Below, piece by piece: positions 9,582-18,987 of a stretch of 64,000 bases of DNA. The translations under genes were made by a program, and so were the position numbers. The notes under the pieces are model-generated. The model was not told the origin of the DNA and did not search any database. It worked only from the letters and a program-made list of their open reading frames with translations. Source of the DNA: Planctomycetota bacterium (GTDB taxonomy: Bacteria > Planctomycetota > UBA8742 > UBA2392); NCBI GenBank assembly GCA_027493625.1, contig JAOSKM010000001.1, forward strand, positions 382,416 to 446,415. The letters run 5' to 3'. Each line of letters begins with the position of its first letter. Within the stretch, counting starts at the first letter, position 1.

Positions 9582-10415
9582 ATGCGCTTCCTGTGCCTGC
9601 TCCTGAGCCTGCTGTTGACGGGTCAAGTTTTGAGCGCCGGGCCGTTGGGGGATCGCTTGTCATTTGCCGTGCGGGCGGATGCGGGTCTGGACTTTGACGG
9701 CTTCGTGCGGCTGCGGCAGTTTTCGCTTGAGGGCTCGCGGCTTACGCTGCGCGAGGACCTGGGGCTGAGCCAGTGGACCTCCGGCGGCTTTGACTTCGGC
9801 TGGCGCTTTGACGGCCGCCACGCTTTGCGCGCGGGCTTCACCGGCACGCGCTTCCGCGGCCTGAACACGCTGGACCGCGAGGTGACCCACGAAGGCGCGA
9901 CCTACCCCGCCGGCACCCAGCTCAAACTCGATCGCAGCAGCTGGTGGCACGCGGAGGCCTGGTACCAGTTCACGCCCTGGCGCAACGAGCACGCCGAGCT
10001 CAACCTGCTCGGCGGCGTGGTGCTCGACCTGCTGGATGTCTGGGTGGTGCCCAACCCGCGCCCGGCCGATGCGCCGAAAGACGACCACGAGAACTTCGCA
10101 ACCGCCTGGCTGCCGCTGCCCGCGCTGGGCATGCGCCTGGAAGTCAGGCCCGTGGCGGGTTTGCGGCTGGGTGTCGAGGCGCGCGGGACGCACGTCGACA
10201 ACCTGTCCAGCTGGCACACCGCTGGCGGCCGCATGCGGCACAGCCAGACCAGCTTGGACGCGCAGCTTGAGCTGGGATATCGCGTGGCCGAGGTCGAGTT
10301 CGGCGTTGCGCTGCGCCACCGCGTGTTCCGCATCGAGCAGAACAACCTCGAGGACGGCAACGAGTTCAGCCTGCAAGGCACCCAGGCCGGCCTGTTCATC
10401 CGCGTGGTGCTGTAA
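9582..10415 (+). CDS. probable outer-membrane beta-barrel protein
   Basis: AAGGAG RBS, signal peptide, alternating beta-strand pattern ending GLFIRVVL. Confidence 0.7.
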   Translation: MRFLCLLLSLLLTGQVLSAGPLGDRLSFAVRADAGLDFDGFVRLRQFSLEGSRLTLREDLGLSQWTSGGFDFGWRFDGRHALRAGFTGTRFRGLNTLDREVTHEGATYPAGTQLKLDRSSWWHAEAWYQFTPWRNEHAELNLLGGVVLDLLDVWVVPNPRPADAPKDDHENFATAWLPLPALGMRLEVRPVAGLRLGVEARGTHVDNLSSWHTAGGRMRHSQTSLDAQLELGYRVAEVEFGVALRHRVFRIEQNNLEDGNEFSLQGTQAGLFIRVVL

Positions 10416-10417
10416 CC

Positions 10418-11584
10418 CTACTTCTTCAGGGCGGCGAGCTTTACGCAGAACTGTTCCCAGCCCTGGTGGAGGCTGCTGCGGTTCTGCTGGTCGTCGTTGT
10501 TTGGGTCGAAGCTGGAGTGCGTGATCGTCACCTTCACTCCCTCCGTTACTTCCTTGAATTCCACCACCACGTGCAGGGTGGGGGCTTCGGCCGGGTCGGT
10601 GTTCCACTTCCAGCTGAAGCCCAGCTTCCGGTTGGGCTCCCAGATTTCGATTTCGCCCAGCAGCTGCCAGACGATCTCGCCCTCCGCGTTGCGCCAGGCG
10701 GGCTGGTACTTGCCGCCTACCTTGTCGCCCACCTCGGCCTCCTGCGGCCACCACTTGGTCAGCCCCTCGGCCGTGGCCCACAGCTTCCACATCTCGTCGA
10801 GCTTGAAGCCGTGAAAGTCGGCCGTGAGCACCAGCCTGGTCTTGTCATCGGGCTCAAGCTGCTGCAGGAAGGGGGGCGCGGGCTTGAACAGGGCGTCGGT
10901 CTTCTCGCGGTGCAGCTTCATCAGGTTGCCGTCGCCCCAGTCGACCTGCACGATCTCGCGCGCGTCGTTGACCCAGATGGGCAGGGCTGGGGTCTTGGCG
11001 TGGCGCTGCATGGTGAACTTCCAGGCCTTGAGCTTGCCTTCCGGCAGCTCGATCTCTTCCTGGCCCACGCAGGCGAAGCTGGTGGCGCCGAGGTCCTTCA
11101 GATCCTGCGCCTCGTTGTACTCGGTGCGGCTGAACTTCGCGCCTTTGCGCAGCTCGGCGCAGGCGGCGAGGATGAAGCCCATGCCGGTGATGGCGTCGTC
11201 GGAAACCTCGGCGCGCAGGTCGTCAACGCCGGACTTGCCGACCATCACCTTGCCCTCGCGCGCGGCCAGCACGCGCCGTCCGTTGCTGTCGATTTCTGAG
11301 TAGCTGAGTTTCCAGTCCGCGTCGAAGCTGATCTGGCGGCTTTCCTCGTAGGTCCAACCCTCGCCGCTGATGTGCAGCTCCCACTCGCAGTGCAGGCCGT
11401 GCTGCCTGGTCTCGCTGAACTTCAGGTGCGAGTAGCCTTCGCTGCTGCCGTCGGGGCGGTACATGCCGTACCAGAACTCGCCCAGTTTCAGGCGCGTGAA
11501 CCCGGGCTTGGCAGGCTCGTCCTGGGCAACGGCGACGCTTGAGACCAGCAGCAACAGCGCGCAGGCGATCAGCAGGTAGTTCAT
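10418..11584 (-). CDS. secreted protein with C-terminal SRPBCC/AHSA1 domain
   Basis: Signal peptide; W...T.EGL.KWW, GG.Y, EPNRKL.FSW, V.VEF, HQGW motifs. Confidence 0.8.
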   Translation of the reverse strand: MNYLLIACALLLLVSSVAVAQDEPAKPGFTRLKLGEFWYGMYRPDGSSEGYSHLKFSETRQHGLHCEWELHISGEGWTYEESRQISFDADWKLSYSEIDSNGRRVLAAREGKVMVGKSGVDDLRAEVSDDAITGMGFILAACAELRKGAKFSRTEYNEAQDLKDLGATSFACVGQEEIELPEGKLKAWKFTMQRHAKTPALPIWVNDAREIVQVDWGDGNLMKLHREKTDALFKPAPPFLQQLEPDDKTRLVLTADFHGFKLDEMWKLWATAEGLTKWWPQEAEVGDKVGGKYQPAWRNAEGEIVWQLLGEIEIWEPNRKLGFSWKWNTDPAEAPTLHVVVEFKEVTEGVKVTITHSSFDPNNDDQQNRSSLHQGWEQFCVKLAALKK

Positions 11585-11640
11585 GGCGGGCTCCGGGCTG
11601 AGAGGGGCTGCAATGTTGTAGCACCAACCACGCGGCGTCA

Positions 11641-11712
11641 ACGTTGAAGTGGCACGTTGAAGTGGCACGGATGTCCTCATCCGTGCGGCATGGGTGGGGA
11701 CACCCATGCCAC
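11641..11712. repeat. REP-like double hairpin (GTGGCA...TGCCAC family) preceded by a 13-bp tandem duplication
   Basis: acgttgaagtggc x2; gcacggatg-tcct-catccgtgc; ggcatgggtg-ggga-cacccatgcc. Confidence 0.7.
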
Positions 11713-11716
11713 CCCG

Positions 11717-12754
11717 CTAGAAACCCTGGAAGGCGCGGTAGTTCTCGTGCAGGCCGGCGTCGATGGTGACGGCATCAGCCGGGCGGCGCGCGGTGGCCTT
11801 GGCCTCGCGGGTCGGCTTGCCCAGGCGCAGCAGCACCTGCGGGAAGCGCGCGCCCACGTGCTGCGCGAGGTCAAGGCGCAGGCGGTCGACCTCGACGGGC
11901 TGGTTCAGGAAGCTGGCCGCGAACCCGCGCCGCGTGGCCTCCAGCAGCAGGTGCTGCAGGGCCTCGCCGGTGCGGATCCAGTCGTCGTGGTGATCCGCGC
12001 TGGTGGAGAGCACGCACAGGGCGGGCGAGTGCTCGGCCAGGTCGCGGTCGCGCGCGGCGACGCCTTCGCCGATGTCAAAGGTGCGCACCACCAGCGGCGC
12101 CACCAGCGACATCAGGTCGCCGAACCCCAACGCGTAGCCGGGCATGCCGTCGAGGCTGCCGGTGCGGTTGTGGTGAAGCCAGCCCGCGAGCTCACGCCGG
12201 AAGGCGTCGCTGGCGAGCTGCTGTTTGTCGGCCTCGGCGACGCGCTCGGCGATGGCGTGGCGCGAGGCGTCGTCGCTGTAGCCGCGCAGGCTGACGGCGT
12301 GGGAGGCGCAGAGTTCCGCAAACGCGTGCAGGTCGGCGGCACTGACGCTGCCGGGCTGGTAGGGAAAGCGGTTGGTCACGCGCCGCGGGATCGCTTCGAA
12401 CAACGCGGCCAGGGTGTCGTGGCTGCCGGCCTTGGGGTCGATCGCGATGTTGACCAGGCGGTCTTCGTGGTCGTCCGGGTTGCGTTCAATGCTGAGAGGC
12501 ACGCCGAAATGCGCCGCCGCCACGCGCAGGTTGAACAGCGCGCTGCCGCACGAGATCACCAGTTCGCGGTCGTGGGGGTCGGCCACGGGCAGGCCGCGGG
12601 TGCGGTCGGCGTGCAGGGAGATGCGGTTGTCGTGGGTAATGAACAGCCACGGCTGCGAGTTGTGAGAGGACGGCGCCAGCACGGCGTAGTTCACCAGGAA
12701 GCGCAACTTCTCGAGGTCGCTGCCGTTGGCGGGAAAGTCGGCTTCGGTGGGCAT
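11717..12754 (-). CDS. Acg-family FMN-binding nitroreductase-like protein
   Basis: APSSHNSQPW, DP..RE..ISCG.AL.NL, RRVTNR, LNQPVE motifs. Confidence 0.9.
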   Translation of the reverse strand: MPTEADFPANGSDLEKLRFLVNYAVLAPSSHNSQPWLFITHDNRISLHADRTRGLPVADPHDRELVISCGSALFNLRVAAAHFGVPLSIERNPDDHEDRLVNIAIDPKAGSHDTLAALFEAIPRRVTNRFPYQPGSVSAADLHAFAELCASHAVSLRGYSDDASRHAIAERVAEADKQQLASDAFRRELAGWLHHNRTGSLDGMPGYALGFGDLMSLVAPLVVRTFDIGEGVAARDRDLAEHSPALCVLSTSADHHDDWIRTGEALQHLLLEATRRGFAASFLNQPVEVDRLRLDLAQHVGARFPQVLLRLGKPTREAKATARRPADAVTIDAGLHENYRAFQGF

Positions 12755-13066
12755 TTATTCGTCCGGTTCGATGGTTACGGCCAGCGGGTACTTCTGGGCG
12801 CGGGCCGCGGAAACAACCTGGTCTTTCTTGAGTTCTGCCACTTCCTGCGGGTACACGCCGGCGACACCCTGGCCGGTGTTGTGGACCTCGAGCATGATCT
12901 TCCTGGCCTTGTCGATGTCATGGCCGAAGAAGCGCATCAGCACCCAGGTGACGAACTCCATGGTGGTCTTGGGGTCGTTGTGGAAGATGACCTTCCACAT
13001 CGGGGCGCGTTTGGTTTTCTCGTCGGCCTCGACCTTTGGCTTGGGCAATGTCTGGGTGTCAGGCAT
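12755..13066 (-). CDS. clpS: ATP-dependent Clp protease adaptor ClpS
   Basis: WKVIFHNDPKTTMEFV...MLEVHNTG...EVAELK...YPL. Confidence 0.92.
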   Translation of the reverse strand: MPDTQTLPKPKVEADEKTKRAPMWKVIFHNDPKTTMEFVTWVLMRFFGHDIDKARKIMLEVHNTGQGVAGVYPQEVAELKKDQVVSAARAQKYPLAVTIEPDE

Positions 13067-13130
13067 GCCCGGATTTTAGCACGCCCCGCGACATTGGAAG
13101 GGTCAGCATGATCCCGAGGCGCCCGTCGCG

Positions 13131-13631
13131 TCAGTTCCCCGTCGGCTCATCGCTGCGCCTGAACTTCAGCTCATAGTAGGCCACGTCGGGCAGCGGATTG
13201 TGGTAGTAGGGCTCGATGCGCGCGAATCCGAGGCGCTCATACAGCCCGCGTGCGGCGGTCATGGTCGCAAGTGTGTCGAGCCGAATGCCGCGGTATCCGG
13301 CCTGCAGGGCGCGCGAAATGACTTCATCGACGAGGCGGCCTGCAATGCCCCGGCCGCGGAACTCGGGGCGGACGTACATGCGCTTGAGTTCGGCGATGCG
13401 CTCTTCCAGCGGGCGCAAGGCTACGCAGCCGGCGAGTTGCCCGTCGGCCTCGGCCAGCAGGATCACGCCGTGCGGCGCCTCGTAGCAGCCCGGCAGCTCG
13501 GCCAGTTCCTGCTCGAAGCCCTGGAAGCCCAGGTCGATGCCGATCTCGCGGGCGTACTCGGTGAACAGCTCGCGCACGTCGTCCATGCGCTCGGGTTGCT
13601 CGGTTACGTCCACGATGTCGATCTCAGACAT
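13131..13631 (-). CDS. GNAT family N-acetyltransferase
   Basis: ELKRMYVRPEFRGRGIA, RLDTL, LYERLGF. Confidence 0.92.
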   Translation of the reverse strand: MSEIDIVDVTEQPERMDDVRELFTEYAREIGIDLGFQGFEQELAELPGCYEAPHGVILLAEADGQLAGCVALRPLEERIAELKRMYVRPEFRGRGIAGRLVDEVISRALQAGYRGIRLDTLATMTAARGLYERLGFARIEPYYHNPLPDVAYYELKFRRSDEPTGN

Positions 13632-13662
13632 GGCGAGAGTTTAGCAAGAAGGCCCTCGCGAA

Positions 13663-13815
13663 GTGACACGGCCGTCCCGGCCGTGCGTCCGTCGGGCCTC
13701 CGGCCCGGCGAGTGGGACGCGAGGCAGGTCGCGACTGCCTGTGTTTGGCCGCCAATGCAGCCACGTTGTGCAGGCGGGACGCCCGCACGACACATGGCCG
13801 TGACGGCCATGACAC
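13663..13815. repeat. REP-like palindromic intergenic element (GTGRCAYGGC...GCCRTGNCAC family)
   Basis: gtgacacggccgtcccggccgtg at the left end and catggccgtgacggccatgacac at the right end. Confidence 0.6.
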
Positions 13816-14157
13816 TCATACGATCTGCGGGCCGCCTTCGATTTCTACCCTTAACGGATAGCCGGCGTCGGCGGCGGCTTCGGCTATGCGGCGGCGCGCG
13901 AGCTCGGCCGGGATGGCCGCCATCTCGATCACCACGGCCTTGCCCTGCTTGCGGATGCGTTCGACGGCGGCGCGGGCCTTGGGCTCATCGAAACCGAAGT
14001 ACTGCTCCAGCGCGTACAGCACGAAGTCAACGGGCGTCTTGTCGTCGTCGTGGAACCACACCTTCACCTTGGCGGCGATCATGGTGCTGTCGTCGCGCCC
14101 GGTCTCGGAACCGGTTTCATCCGGCTCGAACGGTTCAGAAGGGGTTTCTTCAGCCAT
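13816..14157 (-). CDS. divergent ClpS paralog
   Basis: VKVWFHDDDKTPVDFV...F......A......G.AVV...YPL pattern; embedded in a long shadow ORF in the track. Confidence 0.8.
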   Translation of the reverse strand: MAEETPSEPFEPDETGSETGRDDSTMIAAKVKVWFHDDDKTPVDFVLYALEQYFGFDEPKARAAVERIRKQGKAVVIEMAAIPAELARRRIAEAAADAGYPLRVEIEGGPQIV

Positions 14158-14223
14158 GACCGGATTATAGCGTACCGGCGTCATGGTTGTAGCTCGAACC
14201 GCGGACGAAAAAGGAGCCGGGCC

Positions 14224-15468
14224 CTGCGCATCCTGATCTTCCCCATGGGCAGCGCCGGCGACGTCCACCCCTTCATCGGCGTGGGCAAGGCCCTGCAGGC
14301 CCGCGGCCACGAAGTGTTCATGATCACCAGCGCCTTCTTCGAGCCGCTGGCGCAGCGCGCGGGCATCGAGTTCCGCGCCGTCGGCACGGCCGAGGACTTC
14401 ATCCGCGTGCAGGACGACCCGAACCTGTGGCACCCGCGCAAGGCCTTCGAGACGCTGGTGCACAAGGCGCTCAACTACTCCTACGAGCCGATTCTCCAGC
14501 ACGCCCGCGAGCTGCACAAGCCCGGCGAAACCGTGATGCTGGCGGGCTCGCTGGCGTTCGGCACGCGCAACGCTCGCGAGCTGCTGGATATCCCGCTGGC
14601 CACCGTGCACTTGGCACCGGCTCTGTTCATCAGTACCTACCGCCAGCCCATGCTGCACGGCGCGCCTTTCGGCCAGTGGGCCCCGCGCTTCCTGAAGCGC
14701 TTCCAGTGGTGGGTGGGCGGCAAGGTGGCCGACCATCACATCCTGCCCGGCCTGAACCGCTTCCGGCACGAGCACGGCCTTGCCCCTGTGCGCGACATCA
14801 TCCGCGACTGGTGGCACTCGCCGGACCGCGTGATCGGCCTGTTCCCCGAGTGGTTCGGCCCACCCCAGCCCGACTGGCCGAAGCAAACGGTGCTGACCGG
14901 CTTTCCGCTGTTCGACGAGAAGGGCCTGCGCGAGGTGCCGCCCGGGCTGGAAGAGTTCCTGCAGGCGGGCGAGCCGCCGGTGGTGTTCACGCCCGGCAGC
15001 GCCATGGCCCACGGCCACGAGTTCTTTGAGGAAGGCGTGAAAGCGCTGGAGCTGTCCGGCCGGCGCGGGCTGCTGCTGTCGCGCTTTCCCGAGACGGTGC
15101 CGAAGCGGATGCCGGAAAGCGTGCGGCACTTCGAGTACGTGCCGTTCAGCGAGGTGCTGCCGCGCTCGGCGGCGCTGGTGTACCACGGCGGCGTGGGCAC
15201 CTGCGCGCAGGCGCTGCGGGCGGGCATCCCGCACCTGGTGCAGCACATGGCGCACGACCAGCTGGACAACCTGAGCCGCGTGCGCGACCTGGGCGTGGGC
15301 GATGGTTTGGCGCCAAAGCAATTCAAAGCCAGGCGCATTGCCAAGGTGCTTGATGAACTGCTGGGAAATCCGGAAACGATACGGCGCGCCGAACAGGTCG
15401 CCCAACGCTTCGACGCCGAAGCATGGATGCGCCGCACCTGCGAGCTGGTCGAGGCCCTGAGCAAATAG
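14224..15468 (+). CDS. GT1-family glycosyltransferase (RhlB/MGT-like), probable CTG start
   Basis: GSAGDVHPF, TPGS, YVPF..VLP, HGGVGT, HDQ.DN; AAGGAG 7 nt before CTG. Confidence 0.88.
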   Translation: MRILIFPMGSAGDVHPFIGVGKALQARGHEVFMITSAFFEPLAQRAGIEFRAVGTAEDFIRVQDDPNLWHPRKAFETLVHKALNYSYEPILQHARELHKPGETVMLAGSLAFGTRNARELLDIPLATVHLAPALFISTYRQPMLHGAPFGQWAPRFLKRFQWWVGGKVADHHILPGLNRFRHEHGLAPVRDIIRDWWHSPDRVIGLFPEWFGPPQPDWPKQTVLTGFPLFDEKGLREVPPGLEEFLQAGEPPVVFTPGSAMAHGHEFFEEGVKALELSGRRGLLLSRFPETVPKRMPESVRHFEYVPFSEVLPRSAALVYHGGVGTCAQALRAGIPHLVQHMAHDQLDNLSRVRDLGVGDGLAPKQFKARRIAKVLDELLGNPETIRRAEQVAQRFDAEAWMRRTCELVEALSK

Positions 15469-15528
15469 GGCAGGGGCGCGGCACGCTGCCGCGCTCCTGG
15501 CGCAACCTCGGGGGCGTGTGAGGGTGCG

Positions 15529-16440
15529 CTACCTGGGCAGGATTACGCTGTCGATCACGTGGATCACGCCGTTGCTGCACTTGATGTCCGTGGCGATCAC
15601 CTTCGCGCCGTCAACGTGCACGGTGCCGTCCTTGACCTCGATCTTCACCTTCTGGCCCTGCACCGTGGCGGCCTCCGTCAGCTTCACCACGTCCGCGGCC
15701 ATCACCTTGCCGGCCACCACGTGGTAGGTGAGGATCGCAGTCAGCTTCTCGCGGTTCTCGGGCTTTAGCAGGTCTTCGACCGTGCCTTCCGGCAGCTTGG
15801 CGAAGGCTGCGTTGTTGGGCGCGAACACCGTGAAGGGGCCGTCACCCTGCAGGGTTTCGACCAGCTCGGCGGCCTTGACCGCGGCGACCAGGGTCGAGAA
15901 ATCGTCGTTCGCTGCTGCGACGCCGACGATGTCCTTGGGCAGGATGACGCTGTCGATCACGTGGATCACGCCGTTGGTGCACTCGATGTCGGCGCTGATC
16001 ACCTTGGCGCCGTCGATCTTCACGCCGTCAGTGGCGTCGATGCTGAGCTTCTGGCCGAACACGGTCTGGGCCTCGGTCAGCTTGGCGGCGTCCTTGGCCA
16101 TCACTTTGCCGGCCACTACGTGATAGGTGAGGATGTCGGCCAGCTTCTGCTTGTTCTCTGGCTTGAGCAGCAGCTCGAGGGTGCCCTTGGGCAGCTTCTC
16201 GAAAGCGGCGTCGTTGGGCGCGAACACCGTGAAGGGGCCTTCGCCCTTCAGGGTTTCGACCAACTCGGCGGCTTTCACGGCGGCGACCAGGGTTTTGAAC
16301 TGGCCGGCGTTCGCGGCTGTGTCAACGATGTCAGCCTTGGCGGCCTCACCGCCGGAGCCTTCGGTTTTGGAAGGCGACGAGCAGGCGACAGCGAACAGCG
16401 CCAGCAGCACAGCGGGTATGGCGGCGAAAAGGGACTTCAT
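15529..16440 (-). CDS. lipoprotein with two fasciclin (FAS1) domains
   Basis: Lipobox FAVAC; two copies of FTVFAP.N.AF / ILTYHVV / NGVIHVID. Confidence 0.95.
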   Translation of the reverse strand: MKSLFAAIPAVLLALFAVACSSPSKTEGSGGEAAKADIVDTAANAGQFKTLVAAVKAAELVETLKGEGPFTVFAPNDAAFEKLPKGTLELLLKPENKQKLADILTYHVVAGKVMAKDAAKLTEAQTVFGQKLSIDATDGVKIDGAKVISADIECTNGVIHVIDSVILPKDIVGVAAANDDFSTLVAAVKAAELVETLQGDGPFTVFAPNNAAFAKLPEGTVEDLLKPENREKLTAILTYHVVAGKVMAADVVKLTEAATVQGQKVKIEVKDGTVHVDGAKVIATDIKCSNGVIHVIDSVILPR

Positions 16441-16531
16441 GGCTGACCTCCAGAGTTTAGTATCAGTAAAATAAAGTTTCACTACAGTTGAACACTAAAC
16501 GCCGGCCCGGGCAGGGCTATTTCCGGGTTTC

Positions 16532-16563
16532 AAAAAAACGCCACGGCCGGGGCCGTGGCGTTT
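16532..16563 (-). terminator. intrinsic terminator downstream of the transposase
   Basis: aaacgccacggcc/ggccgtggcgttt stem ending in T7 on the minus strand. Confidence 0.7.
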
Positions 16564-16591
16564 GTGGGGCAGACGATCATGAGTTCGTTTA

Positions 16592-17296
16592 GCAGTCAGC
16601 CGGCGAAGCCGGCGTTTCTCATGGTAAGCCCCCGGCGCAGCGGAGCGGAGCCGGGGGTTGGGTTGCGGCACAGTGAATGAGCCGCGAAGCGGCGGCTCTC
16701 ATCCCAGGAAGAAGCGTTCGTCGAACTCCAAGCCGTGATTCTTGACCAGCTTTCGAATCTCTTCTTCGAAAGAGTGTTTCTGGTGGTGCGCCTCCTGCCG
16801 GTCGAAGTAGCCCCGCACCTCCTCGAGTTTCGATGGGCTGACACTGAACGCGCCGTAACCACGCTGCCAGCGGAAATCGACCTTCGGGAACAACTTGCGA
16901 AACCAACGCGAGGAGTTGGCCTTCAGCTTGGTCAGGAACTCCGCCGTGCTCAGCGCGGCTGGCATATCCACCAAAATGTGCACGTGATCTTCCACACCGT
17001 TCAGTGCCAGCACGGTGGCGTTCAAGTCATTAGCCACGGTGCGCAGGTAGCCCAGCATGCGAGGCCGAACCTCAGCGTGCAGGAACGGCCGACGTTCCTT
17101 TGTGCTGAACACGATGTGGAGCAGCTGGCGCGTGTACGAATGGCTCATGGCGGCAGGATACCGGGCCGATAGTTGCTCGCCCACACAAGAGCCGCCGCTG
17201 CGCGGCTCGGGATTTCGTTCCGTCCGTGTCCCCCGGCTCCGCTCCGCTGCGCCGGGGGCTTACCGAGCGAGACGCCGGCTGCGCCGGCTGAACTGC
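16592..17296. mobile_element. IS200/RAYT-like unit: HUH transposase between ~105-bp inverted repeats
   Basis: 16592-16699 and 17188-17296 are imperfect inverted copies, each with three GC hairpins; no tnpB. Confidence 0.8.
16699..17148 (-). CDS. tnpA: IS200/IS605-family Y1 (HUH) transposase
   Basis: HIVFSTKER, DHVHIL (HUH), KANSS, WQ.GYGAFSVS, Y..RQ..HH. Confidence 0.92.
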   Translation of the reverse strand: MSHSYTRQLLHIVFSTKERRPFLHAEVRPRMLGYLRTVANDLNATVLALNGVEDHVHILVDMPAALSTAEFLTKLKANSSRWFRKLFPKVDFRWQRGYGAFSVSPSKLEEVRGYFDRQEAHHQKHSFEEEIRKLVKNHGLEFDERFFLG

Positions 17297-17386
17297 ACAC
17301 CTCAGCCCTTACAGGCGGAACTTGGATTTGCGGACGCCGGGCCAACCTCGCCCTCGCTACGTCGGCCCGGCGTCTGCGCTCCTGAA

Positions 17387-18214
17387 CTACTTGAAGATCT
17401 CGGCGAAGAATTCCTCCATGCGCTGCCAGGAGCGGGCGTCGGCCTGGGCGCTGTAGGCCACGCCGCGGCTGGGGTCGTTGCCGGCGTTGGGGTTGGTGAA
17501 GGCGTGCACCGTGTGGCCGTAGAGGTCGAGCTCGTAGTCCACGCCGGCGTCTTTCATTTCCTGGTTGATCACGGCCACCGACTCGAAGTCGTCGTCGGCG
17601 CCGTGCAGCACCAGCACCTTGCCCTTGATGTTCTTCGCGTCCTCGGGCGTTGCGTTGCGCAGGCTGCCGTGGAAGCTGATCACGCCCTTCACGTCGGCGC
17701 CGCTGCGCGCGAGCTCAAGGGCGCTGAAGCCGCCGAAGCAGTAGCCCATGGCGCTGACTTTCTCCTTATCGGCCTGCTCCAGCGCGATCGCCGCGTTCAG
17801 GCCCGCCTGCAGGCGGGTGCGCAGCGCCGCGCTGTCGTTCTTCCAGGCGCCGGCGGTTTTGCCGGCCTCGCCGGCGTTGGCGGGGCGCACGCCCTTGCCG
17901 TACACGTCAACGCTGAAGGCCAGGTAGCCGAGCGCCGCCAGTTGCTTCGCGCGGGCTTCGTCGAACTCGCCGCGGCCCATCCAGTCGTGGATCACCAGCA
18001 CCACCGGGCGCTTGCCCTTCAGGTTGGCGTCCCAGGCCGCGAAGCCTTCGCACTCCGTGTCGCCATCCTTGTAGGTGACGACCTGGGTGCTGATGTTCGG
18101 CCCGGCCTGCTTGCTGGTTTCCTGGGCCTCGGTGTTGCGGTTGGTCAGGTCCGTGACCACCACGGTCGCGACAATCATCAGTGCGGCCAGGGCCGCGGTC
18201 AGCGTGGTTTTCAT
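17387..18214 (-). CDS. dienelactone hydrolase family protein with signal peptide
   Basis: IHDWMG, GYCFGG, SFHG, HAFTNP motifs. Confidence 0.92.
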   Translation of the reverse strand: MKTTLTAALAALMIVATVVVTDLTNRNTEAQETSKQAGPNISTQVVTYKDGDTECEGFAAWDANLKGKRPVVLVIHDWMGRGEFDEARAKQLAALGYLAFSVDVYGKGVRPANAGEAGKTAGAWKNDSAALRTRLQAGLNAAIALEQADKEKVSAMGYCFGGFSALELARSGADVKGVISFHGSLRNATPEDAKNIKGKVLVLHGADDDFESVAVINQEMKDAGVDYELDLYGHTVHAFTNPNAGNDPSRGVAYSAQADARSWQRMEEFFAEIFK

Positions 18215-18283
18215 GCTCTCTCCTCGATCGTTCAACGTGGAAATTCCAGCACGGGAACGGCCTGAGGGCGAGGGCCATTCCAC

Positions 18284-18748
18284 CTAATCCGAGGTCGCGG
18301 CGACCGGCGCCGGTGCGTCGGCAGTGCGTGTCGCCACGGACTTGCGGGCGGGGGCGGGTTTGGGCTCTGCATCGGCGGCGGGCTGAGGCTCGGGTGAATC
18401 AACCGCCGGCTGCTCGGCCTTGGCCTTTGCGTCCGTGTCCAGCATTTCGTCGATGTCGGCGCGGCATTTCGCCAGCTTCTGTTCGCGCTGGCGCGTGAGG
18501 TTCATGAGCTGCGCGCGGGCGCGGTTGGCCTCGGCCGTGGTGATGACCGGTTGGCCGTGGGTGGGAGCGCCCTGGCGCTGGGCGCGATAGTCATCCAGCA
18601 TCTCGCGGGCCGACTGGATGCCGAAGTCGATGTCGTTGCCGCCGGTCTCATGGTACAGGCGCCAGGCCATGGCGATCTCATCCCACATGCGGTCTTTGCC
18701 GCGCGGGTTGCGGTCTTCACGGCCGCGGACGTTTGCGTAACGGGACAT
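18284..18748 (-). CDS. hypothetical protein
   Basis: GGAGAG RBS; coding-like codon usage; Pro/Ala-rich tail. Confidence 0.7.
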   Translation of the reverse strand: MSRYANVRGREDRNPRGKDRMWDEIAMAWRLYHETGGNDIDFGIQSAREMLDDYRAQRQGAPTHGQPVITTAEANRARAQLMNLTRQREQKLAKCRADIDEMLDTDAKAKAEQPAVDSPEPQPAADAEPKPAPARKSVATRTADAPAPVAATSD

Positions 18749-18987
18749 GTCAGACTCTCCGAAAGGCGGAAAAAACTCCGCCCACACCCATTGCGGCGGA
18801 TGGAGTCCAGAAAGGCCTGAAAACGCCCCACGGACAATCAGCCGAAGTTCCCGAAACGGCCGTGAACAAAGGGTTTGGAGTGCCCGAAAAAATTCAGGGA
18901 TTTTTCCGCGGCCACACGGTGCTCAGGCTCAGACCGGATGGTTCCGTGCGAATTCCGGGTTAACGTGGAGTACGGACGGGGACACGG

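Noticed and set aside
15529-16330. Long internal DNA duplication
   Set aside because: Explained by ordinary tandem FAS1 domains
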